The notes under the pieces: model-generated
Told to the model about the DNA's origin: nothing
Databases searched by the model: none
The model's input: only the letters and a program-made list of their open reading frames with translations
DNA from: a virus
Virus record (IMG/VR): IMGVR_UViG_3300032053_000041
Location: 1 to 64,000 of that record
Length of the DNA stretch: 64,000 nt
Strand: one strand, 5' to 3'
Shown here: in pieces, positions 10,049 to 19,452 of the stretch
Layout: each line of letters opens with the position of its first letter
Position numbering within the stretch: the first letter of the stretch is position 1
Program-made: the position numbers and the translations under genes

Positions 10049-10989
10049 CAGACTTCGACGACCCGGCGATCTGGTCCGTCGACCACAGCACCAAACATGT
10101 TCCCGAAGAACCGACTCGCTGCGCGCGGCCCGAGCGTCTCTTCCAGTTCCTTGAACGATGCGTTCGTCGTGATGATCGTGGGGAGCTTGTTGGATGACCT
10201 GGCGTTCGAGATCAGGTTCATCTGTTCGCGCACCCAATCCGTCGTGCGCTGTGCAGCGAGATCGTCGAGCACCAGAAGATCGGTGGTGCATGCGTTCTCG
10301 ACCAGACGCTGCTCAGGGTCGTCGCTTGAGTACGAACGCCGGATACGTTCCAGGAACTCCGGCACGTACGCGAACATCGCCGTGCGCAGTCGATACCGAG
10401 CGAGCAGGTCCGCGACCACAGCGATGGACAAGTGCGTCTTGCCGACGCCGTAGTTCTGGCCGGCGAGGATCAGGTTGCCGCGTGTCGTGCCTCGCTTGAA
10501 CGCTGCCGCGTACTCTTCGCACCGCGCCTTCGCGTCGCGCTGCGCGTCAGTGGTCGGCACGTACGTGCTGAAGCGCTCGCCGAGATACGCCTCTCCGACA
10601 CCCACGCTGGTCAACTTCCTCCGGAGGGTGTGTTCCTTCCAGCGCGGGCACCACTCCGACCGAAGACCCTTCTCGCGATCCCACTTCGGCGCCTTGCCGT
10701 GATTGCTCTCGTACTCGCTGGCGCACGCGCCGCCGTGAGGCGGGCACGTGGCACAGAGCTTCAGGCGCTTCTTCGCGTTGTCGAGCGCGCCGTCACTCAC
10801 GGTCGTGACGAGATCGTTCATCGAGAAGTCATCCGGGAACAGGAACGCGACGGCGTCACCGTACGTCTCCTCGACCCAGGTCAGCACGTGCTTGTCACCG
10901 ATGCTCTTCCGGAGCTTCTCCTCGCGCTCGCGCATGTACCGCTGCGTGAACTCGGTCACTTCCGCCAACAGGCTGCCGATCTGCTTCAC
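10048..10989 (-). CDS. dnaC: DnaC/IstB-like AAA+ helicase loader
   Basis: Walker A GVGKTHL, Walker B LLVLDDL, PTIITTN; N-terminal Cys cluster; coupled to dnaB. Confidence 0.88.
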   Translation of the reverse strand: MKQIGSLLAEVTEFTQRYMREREEKLRKSIGDKHVLTWVEETYGDAVAFLFPDDFSMNDLVTTVSDGALDNAKKRLKLCATCPPHGGACASEYESNHGKAPKWDREKGLRSEWCPRWKEHTLRRKLTSVGVGEAYLGERFSTYVPTTDAQRDAKARCEEYAAAFKRGTTRGNLILAGQNYGVGKTHLSIAVVADLLARYRLRTAMFAYVPEFLERIRRSYSSDDPEQRLVENACTTDLLVLDDLAAQRTTDWVREQMNLISNARSSNKLPTIITTNASFKELEETLGPRAASRFFGNMFGAVVDGPDRRVVEV

Positions 10990-11966
10990 TGGATCTTCCT
11001 TCCCAAGAGTCGTCGCGACAGGGGGTCGCTGAAGTCCTGCGGACCCGGCGCGCGAGGCGCGGAGCCGTTCGCCGACGGCGCTGGCTGCTTCGGTCGCTTG
11101 TTCGGGTCGTTCCAGTCAGACTGGATCGCGCGGACAGCGCTGGAGACCCACTGGTCCAGTGTCCGAAGCTGGTCGGTGCGCCCGGCGTACCTCGCGGCGA
11201 ATCCACGGCACATGTACTCCTGAGCCGCCGAGGGGATCTGGGCCACGTCGAGCGCTCGCTTCGTCGGCTCAGGCATGTGCTCCCACAGGTCGACCGGGCA
11301 CGGGGTCTTCTCGATCTTCGGTTTCGTTGGTTCGGGCTCGGGCTCGGGGGCGACGACTCCGGTCTCACGCGCGCTACGATCAGCTGCAGTAGTATGGGTA
11401 CCGGTACAGTTAGGCACGGTACAGTTAGGCACAGTACAGTACAGAGTGACGTTTTCGGCGTCTTTGTAGTCAGGCGCGATTGGTCCCGTGACGGGGATGA
11501 TTGGTTTCGTGACAGTGGGGGTATCTGCCCCCTTCTGTGGGGTGTCACGAGAAGCGTCGGAGGTGTCACGATTTGTGACAGTGGTCGTGTCACGATTTGT
11601 GACACCATGCCTCGCCAGGTCGCGCCGTTTGGCCCGGTACTCCCGCTGTCGGTGCTTGTCCGACTGTGGCGACTCCTGCGCCTCCAGGAACTTCGAGATC
11701 ACGATGGAGCCGTCCTTCACGACGACGCACCCGCGGTCCAGGAGACGCTGGAGTCCCACCGTCACATGCTCCAGCGGGATGTCCGTCACCGCCGCGATGG
11801 CCTCGGCGGGCCCCTCGTCGCCGAAGTCCATGACGCCGGCCCTGTCCACCTTCCGAAGTAGCTCGAACAGGACCATCCGACCCTCCCATCGGAGGAGCTT
11901 CATCGTCGGCGTGTCCCGCGTGTAAACGCGCACATACCGCTCGTCGGACCAGTCCATCAGAGGCAC
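10986..11966 (-). CDS. phage replication initiator (O/DnaT-like position)
   Basis: Upstream of loader and helicase; N-terminal wHTH-like region; central low-complexity region with DNA repeats. Confidence 0.75.
   Translation of the reverse strand: MPLMDWSDERYVRVYTRDTPTMKLLRWEGRMVLFELLRKVDRAGVMDFGDEGPAEAIAAVTDIPLEHVTVGLQRLLDRGCVVVKDGSIVISKFLEAQESPQSDKHRQREYRAKRRDLARHGVTNRDTTTVTNRDTSDASRDTPQKGADTPTVTKPIIPVTGPIAPDYKDAENVTLYCTVPNCTVPNCTGTHTTAADRSARETGVVAPEPEPEPTKPKIEKTPCPVDLWEHMPEPTKRALDVAQIPSAAQEYMCRGFAARYAGRTDQLRTLDQWVSSAVRAIQSDWNDPNKRPKQPAPSANGSAPRAPGPQDFSDPLSRRLLGRKIQ
11400..11606. repeat. putative replication origin: iterons inside the initiator gene
   Basis: TGTCACGATTTGTGACA at 11564-11580 and 11588-11604, GTGTCACG at 11542, further GTGAC half-sites; 15-bp GTACAGTTAGGCAC(G/A) tandem at ~11403-11432. 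Confidence 0.7.
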
Positions 11967-12003
11967 CGATCCCGTGGAACTTGCTGTTCCGTCACGTGTC
12001 CCC

Positions 12004-12192
12004 CTAGACCGCAGGTGTGGTTGTGAGCCCCAGATCCTTTGCGTACCGGCGCAGAGCGCGGCGCACGATGTCGCTCCTTGTGAGCTTTTCCATGGCCGAA
12101 AGCCGCTCCAGGAGCGCCCGGTCCTCCTTGTCTAGTTGCACGACCAGATGCTTCGGAATCGGGGTTTCGTCCTCGGTGTTCTCGTCGCTCAT
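12004..12192 (-). CDS. ribbon-helix-helix (CopG-like) regulator
   Basis: HLVVQLDKEDRALLERLSAMEKLTRSDIVRRALRRY. Confidence 0.8.
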   Translation of the reverse strand: MSDENTEDETPIPKHLVVQLDKEDRALLERLSAMEKLTRSDIVRRALRRYAKDLGLTTTPAV

Positions 12193-12202
12193 CGGACTTG
12201 CT

Positions 12203-12231
12203 TCGTTACAGGGCTGATATTAGCCTGTCAA
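12203..12231 (-). promoter_or_regulatory. sigma70-like promoter TTGACA-N17-TAACGA with palindromic spacer
   Basis: Perfect -35; spacer holds imperfect palindrome GGCTAATATCAGCC; directly upstream of the RHH gene. Confidence 0.55.
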
Positions 12232-12279
12232 GTATCAATCTGATCTGGCTTCGAGTCACGGACGGCTTCGTGAACGATC

Positions 12280-13023
12280 TCACTGGGAAGCCCTCCTCTT
12301 CTTCATCTTGCACATCGCTGGATCGCCGTGGATGGTCCCCGTCACGAGGTTCCCACCAAGGGGCTGACCGGCCTCGATGATGGTCTGGCACCGGCAGCAG
12401 GGTAACGAAAATTTCGACGTGATGATGTTCCCGTACTTCGAGGGGTGCCCCCCGTCGTCGGCGTACCGCATCTGCGGCCACTTGCCCTTGCCGGCGAAGT
12501 CGGGTGCCGGGTCGCGCCGGTAGTCCCCTGCCCCGCGCTGCGGCTCGGGCTCGCGCCGCAGGTCGTAGCACGAGCGCAGGTCCGCCTGCGGCACCACGAA
12601 GCACGGCGGCCCCGCCGTCTCCTCCGCGTTCCAGTACATGCTCCTCTTCGCGTCGCGACCGAGGAGCCAGCCGACGATCACGAACACCGGACTGTCGCGG
12701 TCGATGACCAGGACGAACACGTCGTCGTCCAGATCATCCTCGTGCACATGTAGCCCGTCCGTCGCGAAGTGCTCCACGCGCACATGCAGTCCGGAAACGG
12801 TGAGGCTGAGCTTCCGCCAGACCTTCCACTCGCTCACGCTCTTGAACTCGCCGGACCACTCGCGGTTCATGGCGAGGGCGACAGCCTGCTCGGCGCAGGC
12901 TGTCTGTACGTCGAGCACCTCTGGCGTCGTGGGGTTCCCTCGCGCTGCATGGCGCTCCCGCCCGATGAGAGTCGCGCGTGCGATCTTCTCGGGCGGGAGC
13001 TTCCCCTTCATGCGGCGGGCCAC
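12280..13023 (-). CDS. hypothetical phage protein
   Basis: FVLVI...FVIVGWLLGRDAK...CFVVPQADL; C-terminal CxxC..H..C. Confidence 0.6.
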   Translation of the reverse strand: MARRMKGKLPPEKIARATLIGRERHAARGNPTTPEVLDVQTACAEQAVALAMNREWSGEFKSVSEWKVWRKLSLTVSGLHVRVEHFATDGLHVHEDDLDDDVFVLVIDRDSPVFVIVGWLLGRDAKRSMYWNAEETAGPPCFVVPQADLRSCYDLRREPEPQRGAGDYRRDPAPDFAGKGKWPQMRYADDGGHPSKYGNIITSKFSLPCCRCQTIIEAGQPLGGNLVTGTIHGDPAMCKMKKRRASQ

Positions 13024-13433
13024 TACTCGATCACTTCACCGGTGCGCCGGTCGATGCTGCTCACTGCGCGCTGGTCCTCTTCCTCGGTTGGGCGCTGAGC
13101 AGCGGGCTGCGTCTCACTTGCCGCCGGCACTGCCGCAAGGGTTGTGCGCCGCCGTCTCTTTTGTAGCGAGACAGGTTTCGCTTCCTCGTGCGGCTGCACG
13201 AGCCCGCCGTCGTCTCGTTGTCGCTCTGTCGCTGACTCCGGAAACACGACTGGCATCTGGTGAATGAGCGCCCGCAGAGCTTCGGGAGGAAGCCTCACCT
13301 CGCACACAAGCTCCCCATCCGGATCGAGGTGGCGCAGGGTCGCTTCTCCATCCACAGATTTGGAAAGCTCGAATCGGTCCCGAGACAAACCCGTCACTTG
13401 AGCAATAAATGAAATCTTGTATGTCATCGTCAT
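13023..13433 (-). CDS. hypothetical protein
   Basis: AGGAAG RBS; ends IDRRTGEVIE. Confidence 0.55.
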   Translation of the reverse strand: MTMTYKISFIAQVTGLSRDRFELSKSVDGEATLRHLDPDGELVCEVRLPPEALRALIHQMPVVFPESATERQRDDGGLVQPHEEAKPVSLQKRRRRTTLAAVPAASETQPAAQRPTEEEDQRAVSSIDRRTGEVIE

Positions 13434-13442
13434 CTTCCTTTT

Positions 13443-14105
13443 CTAAAGACCGCTCGGTGCCGTGCTCATAAGCTCGGCGTAGTCGAATTTCTTTCCGAGC
13501 GCGTCGCTGATGGTCACGCTCTTGGTATCGTCGAGTCGAAGCAAAGTTCCGTTGTAGATGAGCGCGTGCTTCGGGACCGTGACCTCGCCGCGAGCGACCG
13601 ACTTGCCTAGATCGGTGATCCGGTAGAAGCCGGTGCGCGAAGAGCCGTCGTCGCGCACTCCTTCTCGCTCTTCCAGAAGTCCCCACGCGACGAGCTTCGC
13701 CCAGTCCCCTCCTCGTGTCGTCGGACCGAGCTTGCAGACGCGGGACAAGTAGTCCGGGACATGAAAGTACTCCGAGCCACCTTCCTCTGTCGGCCGCTTG
13801 TAGATCATCACGAGTGCGTACGCCATCGAGGACGTGATGGTGCGCGCGTACACTTTGGCGAACTGCGTGCAGCACGGGCAGCTAGCTCCGTCCTGGACAT
13901 GCGCCGTCAGCCACTGGCGCGCGTAGGAGAGCGTGACCGCGTCGAGAGATAATCCGAACTCGGTCCGCCTGAACCCGTCGTTACCTTCACGGAAGGTGAC
14001 GAGCGGCATCTCGATCCCCACCCATCTCATCGCGCGGATCGCTAACCAGAGTTTTACTCTACGCCAGAGTCCGTTGTTCGTCTTCAGGTTCGATGGTACC
14101 GTCAT
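13443..14105 (-). CDS. hypothetical protein, CPCC plus wHTH-like
   Basis: AGGAG RBS; CPCCTQ, KLVAWGLLEE, YRITDLG. Confidence 0.65.
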   Translation of the reverse strand: MTVPSNLKTNNGLWRRVKLWLAIRAMRWVGIEMPLVTFREGNDGFRRTEFGLSLDAVTLSYARQWLTAHVQDGASCPCCTQFAKVYARTITSSMAYALVMIYKRPTEEGGSEYFHVPDYLSRVCKLGPTTRGGDWAKLVAWGLLEEREGVRDDGSSRTGFYRITDLGKSVARGEVTVPKHALIYNGTLLRLDDTKSVTISDALGKKFDYAELMSTAPSGL

Positions 14106-14290
14106 CGTGTCTGCTCCTTCTAGGTGGTGGGTTCAGACATGCGGGCCGCTCCTTCATGCTCGGGGCGGCCCGCGACTTTGTGGACCGCAGGCTGCCTCCT
14201 GGCTAGCCATCCGTCAAGCAGCGGCAGGACACGAAATGTCCAGGGTTCGGCAGCGACATGTGCCGTCAGATAGAGCAAAAAGCACCGGGC

Positions 14291-14343
14291 TTGACGGTAG
14301 CGGCTAGCTTGGCTATCAGTGCTAGCCAGAGCATGCCGCTAGC
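14291..14343 (+). promoter_or_regulatory. sigma70-like promoter TTGACG-N17-TATCAG overlapped by 9-bp-periodic GCTAGC boxes
   Basis: GCTAGC 14303, GCTATC 14312, GCTAGC 14321, GCTAGC 14338; lies in the divergent intergenic region. Confidence 0.6.
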
Positions 14344-14394
14344 GGTGGTTGCCTCCAGCAACATAAGCCCCTAGCGGCATGCTCGCTCAGGCAC

Positions 14395-15345
14395 ATGCTC
14401 CACAAGTCCTCCCCTCTCCGTGTCTCGGTGCGTCCGGACTTCGAGTCGCTCCTCGACGTCGCGACGCCGGCAGACGCTCCGGCGCGCACGGAGGACGGAC
14501 GCCCGTGGGTGCGCTGGGCGAAGTACGGCTCGTACTCGGGCTGGTACGCCGTCGGCGCTCGGAAGCCGAAGCTCGTGGGCAAGCCGACGTTCTGGGAGGC
14601 CGTCTACTCCGTGGCGTGCGCATGTGCCGGGGGGAACGTCGACCAGGCGCACTGTTACGGCCGGGGCGTGCTCGGTCTCGGCGGTCTCGGTGTCACGATG
14701 CGCTCGGGCTACGCGCAGCTGCTGCTCCACTCGTGTCTCTTGTCGAACCCGGCGCGTTACGTCGAGATCATGGCCCCAGTGATCCACGAGACGGGCATGT
14801 ACACGAAGCTCTCGGGGAAGAGCCCGAGCGGCATCGCGCTCTGTGCGCTCGGGAAGTACGCACTGGCCGAGGACCAGATGCGCGCCCTCGTGATGATGGG
14901 CTCCGACGGGATGACCTGGACGACCGCGCAGAAGAAGCGGGCGAAGGTCTGGGTCTCGTGCTGTTCGGAGCTTCTGCGAGACGAAGCGATGGACAGGGCA
15001 CAGCAGGCGTTCGCCGAGGAGGTGATGCCGGCACTCCTGACGGACGTGACGAAGGAGGCGATCAAGTGGCCGCGTCAGGGTCCGCGCGACTGGTGGCAGT
15101 ACACGCACGAGCAGCAGATGCTCTGGGCGCTCACGCTTGTGCTGGTGCTGGAGGACGAGGAGCAGACGGAGCGCCTCGTGAGCGCTGCGCGGGCCGGGGC
15201 GCACGGGGACGAGGACTTCTCGGCGGCGGCCGTCCTGCGTGCTATCGCCGTTGAAGTGAACGAGCCCGGCTACGACGACATGTTCCGCGAGCGATGCTGG
15301 ATGGCGGCGAAGAACCTGACGAGCCTGCTGGGGGTGACGCTGTGA
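14395..15345 (+). CDS. hypothetical protein
   Basis: 316-aa ORF, first gene of the plus-strand unit. Confidence 0.7.
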   Translation: MLHKSSPLRVSVRPDFESLLDVATPADAPARTEDGRPWVRWAKYGSYSGWYAVGARKPKLVGKPTFWEAVYSVACACAGGNVDQAHCYGRGVLGLGGLGVTMRSGYAQLLLHSCLLSNPARYVEIMAPVIHETGMYTKLSGKSPSGIALCALGKYALAEDQMRALVMMGSDGMTWTTAQKKRAKVWVSCCSELLRDEAMDRAQQAFAEEVMPALLTDVTKEAIKWPRQGPRDWWQYTHEQQMLWALTLVLVLEDEEQTERLVSAARAGAHGDEDFSAAAVLRAIAVEVNEPGYDDMFRERCWMAAKNLTSLLGVTL

Positions 15346-15779
15346 TGGCGCAGCCTACGGTGTGGCAGGACAATCACGGGTATGCCCAGCCCGCGCCGCG
15401 CCTCCAATGGGCGACGCACGCCTGTGCGTTCGACGTCGGTAAAGAACGCGCCTCATGGCTTCTTCAGCCGTACCAACAATTCCGTCCGAAGTATTTCCTG
15501 ATCTCGACGCCGGGCTTCGTCGTCAACTCGCTCGATATGAACCGCGCTTACCGGCTGCTCAACGAGGTCGATGGAGACCTATATCTCGTGAGCGAATGGG
15601 ATCGGCTGGAGCGCGAGTCGCAGCTGGAGCGGGTGCGTCTGCCGGGGTTCACGCTGAAACCCAGCGATCAGCTGAACCTGCAGGTGACGCTGCGGAACGC
15701 CGCGAATCTGGCACCAGGCAGGACAGTGCGGTTCAGCGCGATGATCGTCGGCGAAGAACTCGTGCAGGGGCCGTACTGA
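15345..15779 (+). CDS. beta-rich protein, possible single jelly-roll capsid-like
   Basis: QPYQQFRPKYFLI..FVVNSL...LNLQVTLRN...FSAMIVG alternating beta pattern; fold call is from memory only. Confidence 0.45.
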   Translation: MAQPTVWQDNHGYAQPAPRLQWATHACAFDVGKERASWLLQPYQQFRPKYFLISTPGFVVNSLDMNRAYRLLNEVDGDLYLVSEWDRLERESQLERVRLPGFTLKPSDQLNLQVTLRNAANLAPGRTVRFSAMIVGEELVQGPY

Positions 15780-15945
15780 TGGCGCGGCTTATCGGTGTGC
15801 GCGCACGGGACTGGCGGGGGATCTGGCGCTGGCATCCGGCACCGCAGCCACTGGGACACATACCGTACGAATTGAAGCAGTGCCTCAACGCCATCGGGCT
15901 CGTGGCGCTGATGGCGGTCATTACGGAGGCTCTCGAAGGAGACAG

Positions 15946-16641
15946 ATGAACAAGGACAAGCACCAGGCAGCGATCGACGCTCTCTCGGAACTCATGCGGA
16001 GTGAACTCGACGGCGACATGCGCGGGAGGTTCGCGTGCGTGAACCGGCTAGCTGTGCTCGCGCAGAAGCTCCAGGTCGAGATGAACCCGCGCCCCGAGGA
16101 CATGGACGAGCGCGAGCAGGATGCGTACGGCATAAACGTCATGGACCACGGCATCGTCAGGGGCGGCGGAGCTATGGGCGCAGCCATGTACGGTGGCGAC
16201 CAGGCGCAGATGGCCCGCGAGATGCTCGCGATGATCGGCCCCGCGATGGGCGGCCTCCATAGCAACAACGAAGCGAAGAAGCGGGAGTCGATGGCTCGGG
16301 AACTGAACGAGCTACTCACGGCCAGGCGCATGCTGCAGATCGATCAGCAGCCAGACGCCGACGCTGTGGCAAAACTCACGAAACGGATCAACGCGCTCAC
16401 GGATCTGGTGAGCCAGGAAGAAGAACAGGAGAATCCCCATGCACAAGCCCCAGAACTTCACGTGGTACCTGCCGTCGATGTACGGCGACATCAAGCTGGA
16501 GAAGATCACGGACAAGTCGACGCGCCTCACGCTCGTCGGGCTCTCCCCGACGGAGAAGGAGGCCGTGAAGGCGCTCTTCGCGCGGGCGGTGAAGCCGGGG
16601 GCCTTCAAGAAGGTGTGGACATCGGAGACGGCGCTGCGTGA
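15946..16641 (+). CDS. hypothetical protein (3' end overlaps next gene by ~200 bp)
   Basis: AAGGAG RBS, MNKDKHQ; helical. Confidence 0.6.
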   Translation: MNKDKHQAAIDALSELMRSELDGDMRGRFACVNRLAVLAQKLQVEMNPRPEDMDEREQDAYGINVMDHGIVRGGGAMGAAMYGGDQAQMAREMLAMIGPAMGGLHSNNEAKKRESMARELNELLTARRMLQIDQQPDADAVAKLTKRINALTDLVSQEEEQENPHAQAPELHVVPAVDVRRHQAGEDHGQVDAPHARRALPDGEGGREGALRAGGEAGGLQEGVDIGDGAA

Positions 16642-17299
16642 CGTCGATCTCGGTTCCCTGAAGGAGCAGATGCTCTCGCTCGACGCGCCGATCTCGCAGG
16701 TGCAGGACTTCCTGCAGAAGAAGCTGAAGCCGCACCGGAAGCAGGTGTCCGTGGTGCGCTTCGCAAGCGGGCGTCTCGAAGAGCTTTCCGAGGCGACGCT
16801 GCAGGTCATCGACGGCACCGCGGAGGATGTGCCTGGGACGGTCGTGGAGGCTCAGGCGGTGGAGCCGGTCGTGGAGAAGAAGGAGAAGCCGGCACCCAGG
16901 AAGGAGGACAAGCCCGCGGTGGCGGCGACGGTGGGGCAGCCGGCGCTCGGGTGCCCGGTACCGGAGTTCGACGAGGTCGAGATCCGGGCGACACGTGTCC
17001 TCAAAGCGTTCCTGACGCCGGAGCAGGTGGAGGACTTCGACCGGAGGCAGCAGTTCGTGGCCGTCGGCGCGGACACAGGCCACAGGTACCTGCTCACGTC
17101 GCGGCAGTCGCGGCACGCCTTCGAGCGGGCGAGCTTCCGATCGCTCTACGACATGGATGAGAGGCAGGCGCTCTGCGTACATGACTGGGAGGTCCCCGCG
17201 GCCGAGGAGCTTCTTGGGCTTTATCTGCATGTGTCCCTGCCGGGACTGGAGGGCTTCGTTCGGTCCATGCCGGACCGAGACGGGGTGCTGCACCGGTGA
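16439..17299 (+). CDS. hypothetical protein
   Basis: AGGAG RBS; strong GC3 codon bias. Confidence 0.75.
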   Translation: MHKPQNFTWYLPSMYGDIKLEKITDKSTRLTLVGLSPTEKEAVKALFARAVKPGAFKKVWTSETALRDVDLGSLKEQMLSLDAPISQVQDFLQKKLKPHRKQVSVVRFASGRLEELSEATLQVIDGTAEDVPGTVVEAQAVEPVVEKKEKPAPRKEDKPAVAATVGQPALGCPVPEFDEVEIRATRVLKAFLTPEQVEDFDRRQQFVAVGADTGHRYLLTSRQSRHAFERASFRSLYDMDERQALCVHDWEVPAAEELLGLYLHVSLPGLEGFVRSMPDRDGVLHR

Positions 17300-17673
17300 G
17301 CGACGAATCCGTCCCGCAGATGTTGCACAATGCCCTCGCGCTGCTCAATCGCGAGTTTCCAGCCGCCAAGCTCGTCGAGGTCCGCTTGGAGTTCCGTAGC
17401 GGTGAGCGTCACGGCGCGACGTACGGCTGCGCACAAAACTGGACCAACGAACCGACCTGGACGCTACAGGTCAATAACGACCGCGAGTCCCATTCTGTGC
17501 TGAGTGAAGCGCTCGCCGTGCTTCGGGTAAAGCTCGCTCGCAAGGCGCAGGTGCCTGGGCTCGCCGATCGCGTCGCGACCATCCTTCGCGAGATCCCGGA
17601 CGAGGGGTTCGAGAGGAATGACGTGCTCATGGCCGCGCAGGTGATGCTGGAGAAGGAGCGCAGCGGACGATGA
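17296..17673 (+). CDS. hypothetical protein
   Basis: GTGA-coupled to the previous gene. Confidence 0.6.
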   Translation: MSDESVPQMLHNALALLNREFPAAKLVEVRLEFRSGERHGATYGCAQNWTNEPTWTLQVNNDRESHSVLSEALAVLRVKLARKAQVPGLADRVATILREIPDEGFERNDVLMAAQVMLEKERSGR

Positions 17674-17747
17674 ACCGAGAGTCGCTGGTCGTCGCTGGTT
17701 GTCTTCTCCTCTGCTGGTTCTTTGGCTTCGCGTGCGGAAAGGCGTAG

Positions 17748-17957
17748 GTGGCTGGAATGAAGCCCGACGCGGAACAGATTACGGAGCCGGTGACTATCAC
17801 GCCGCCCGAGCCACCTTGGGTCGAGCCGTGCATGGCGTGCTCGCGGCCCATGCGATGCGACAAAGGACCGTCTGCGCTCTGGTGCTGGCGTTGCCGTTGT
17901 CGCTCGTGGCTAGGTGTCAGAGTCAGGAGCACACTCAGAGTCAGGAGCACACGATGA
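17748..17957 (+). CDS. small Cys-rich protein ending at the first cassette core
   Basis: CxxC...CxxCxC; its TGA is the TGA of the core at 17955. Confidence 0.5.
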   Translation: MAGMKPDAEQITEPVTITPPEPPWVEPCMACSRPMRCDKGPSALWCWRCRCRSWLGVRVRSTLRVRSTR

Positions 17958-18247
17958 AGCAAGGCACTCAGTCGGATAATTCAGGGGCGAGCTACCTGGA
18001 TACGGAGAACGGCACGGTGCAGAACCTCGTCTACTGGCTCCGCGATCCGCTGGACGAGGAGACGCTGGCGGTGCTGTGCAGAGTAGAGCGCGGCACCCAG
18101 GGATTCAGGCGCGATCGGTTGAACGTGGCGTACCTTGTGAGCCGCGACTGCATCACGGCCGACTGCAACGCCGAGACGCTCGCGATCACGCCTACCGGTA
18201 GGGATGCTCTGGCATATTTCGGTGGAGAGAACAGGGCTCGTAGATGA
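17954..18247 (+). CDS. cassette 1 protein, wHTH-like
   Basis: Starts MKQ at a core and stops at the next core; YLVSRDCI...ITPTGRDAL. Confidence 0.6.
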   Translation: MKQGTQSDNSGASYLDTENGTVQNLVYWLRDPLDEETLAVLCRVERGTQGFRRDRLNVAYLVSRDCITADCNAETLAITPTGRDALAYFGGENRARR

Positions 18248-18287
18248 AGCACGGTTGCACGGTAGATCCAACGGAACGGAGCATGTG

Positions 18288-18704
18288 ATGGCAGATCCCA
18301 AAGAGAACGCGCCGGTCGATTCTGAAGCGGTGGACCCGGGAACCCTGACGCTCTACCGGGCGCAGAGCGAGCAGCCGTGGACGGTGCCATATGGAAAGAA
18401 CAAGTGGTGGGTGGTGAGCGAAGAGGGCCGTCTGAAGCACTGCCTGTCGCACGCTCAGAAGACGCTCGGGAAGATCGCTGCCATCGTCGAGAGCTTGGAC
18501 CACGCGGACCGAGGCTGGCTCACCGACGATGAGTGCGATCAGGTGGGCGACATGGCTGCGGACCTCGTAACGGTCGCGCTACAGGTGGGCACGACGGTTT
18601 CGCGCAGCGTCGCTCACGCCCTCGTCCGTCGCGTCGTCGCTAAGAACGGCAAGCTGTTCGATCTGACCGGAGGAACCTATGGCCGTGCGCTCATCTGCAA
18701 GTGA
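18288..18704 (+). CDS. cassette 2 protein, MazG-like all-helical NTP pyrophosphohydrolase fold (tentative)
   Basis: HCLSHAQKTLGKIAAIVESLDH...GDMAADLVTVAL; preceded by 14-codon leader MKHGCTVDPTERSM*. Confidence 0.5.
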   Translation: MADPKENAPVDSEAVDPGTLTLYRAQSEQPWTVPYGKNKWWVVSEEGRLKHCLSHAQKTLGKIAAIVESLDHADRGWLTDDECDQVGDMAADLVTVALQVGTTVSRSVAHALVRRVVAKNGKLFDLTGGTYGRALICK

Positions 18705-18791
18705 ACCGAAGGTGAGCGGGACACGTTCAGCGGACTCCCGCTCGGCAATGAAGCACGGATGCACGGCAGACCACGCGGAACGGAGCATGTG

Positions 18792-19163
18792 ATGGCAGAT
18801 CCAAACGAGATGGGTACGGAGTCGGTGGTTTCCGGAGCCGCGGGGCCGGTCGATTCTGACGAGCCAAAGTCGCTGTGGACCGTTGTTGGGCTGTACGAAC
18901 GGGGCAAGTACAACCGAGACACGTTCGTTTGCTACCTGAGCGGAATCACCGCGGAAGAAGCAAAGCGTTTTGCCGAAGAGGGCAACGCGGCACGTGGTGA
19001 CAAGATAGAAGTGCTAGCGTGCGTCGCAGGGGGCGGTGTCGCTCACGTGTTTCAGCGTGCGGCCAGCCGATGCACATGCACGCCGTACAACCCGGAGCAT
19101 GATTGTCCTGAGCACGGTCTTCAGGTGAGCGGGACTGAGAACGGATCGGAGGCTCGCAGATGA
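18792..19163 (+). CDS. cassette 3 protein
   Basis: Same leader type as cassette 2 (MKHGCTADHAERSM*); CTC...DCPEH; stops at a core. Confidence 0.6.
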   Translation: MADPNEMGTESVVSGAAGPVDSDEPKSLWTVVGLYERGKYNRDTFVCYLSGITAEEAKRFAEEGNAARGDKIEVLACVAGGGVAHVFQRAASRCTCTPYNPEHDCPEHGLQVSGTENGSEARR

Positions 19164-19215
19164 AGCATCCCCGAATCAGAAACCGTGCTCAGCGGAGCAC
19201 GAGAGAGGCAATCCG

Positions 19216-19452
19216 GTGACCTCGGAACGATCGGCGCGCGCGCTCAAGTGGCTCGACGATAGGTACGAGACTCGTTCCGCAGAGGAGCGACAAGCGATAC
19301 TTCGGTTGGAGCCTGCTATCTTGGCGATGTTGGTTGGGCATCATGCGCTAGGGGGCTTCGCCAGTGATGAAGCTCCAGCCATGGTCAACATAGTTCGTAT
19401 CTGGTTGGAAACGAAGGTGAGCGCATCCGAAAAGACCCCGGTGCAACCGTGA
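19216..19452 (+). CDS. cassette 4 protein
   Basis: Follows a 19-codon leader; ends EKTPVQP* at a core. Confidence 0.55.
   Translation: MTSERSARALKWLDDRYETRSAEERQAILRLEPAILAMLVGHHALGGFASDEAPAMVNIVRIWLETKVSASEKTPVQP

Noticed and set aside
8627-10291. 554-aa DnaB with N-terminal extension
   Set aside because: The extension overlaps the loader gene; ATG 10048 is coupled to the loader stop and gives a normal-length DnaB.
18433-18439. Extra TGAAGCA inside cassette 2 (also 57331 and ~59236)
   Set aside because: 18433 is preceded by C, mid-ORF and has no arms. The others are isolated and lack arm similarity, consistent with chance.
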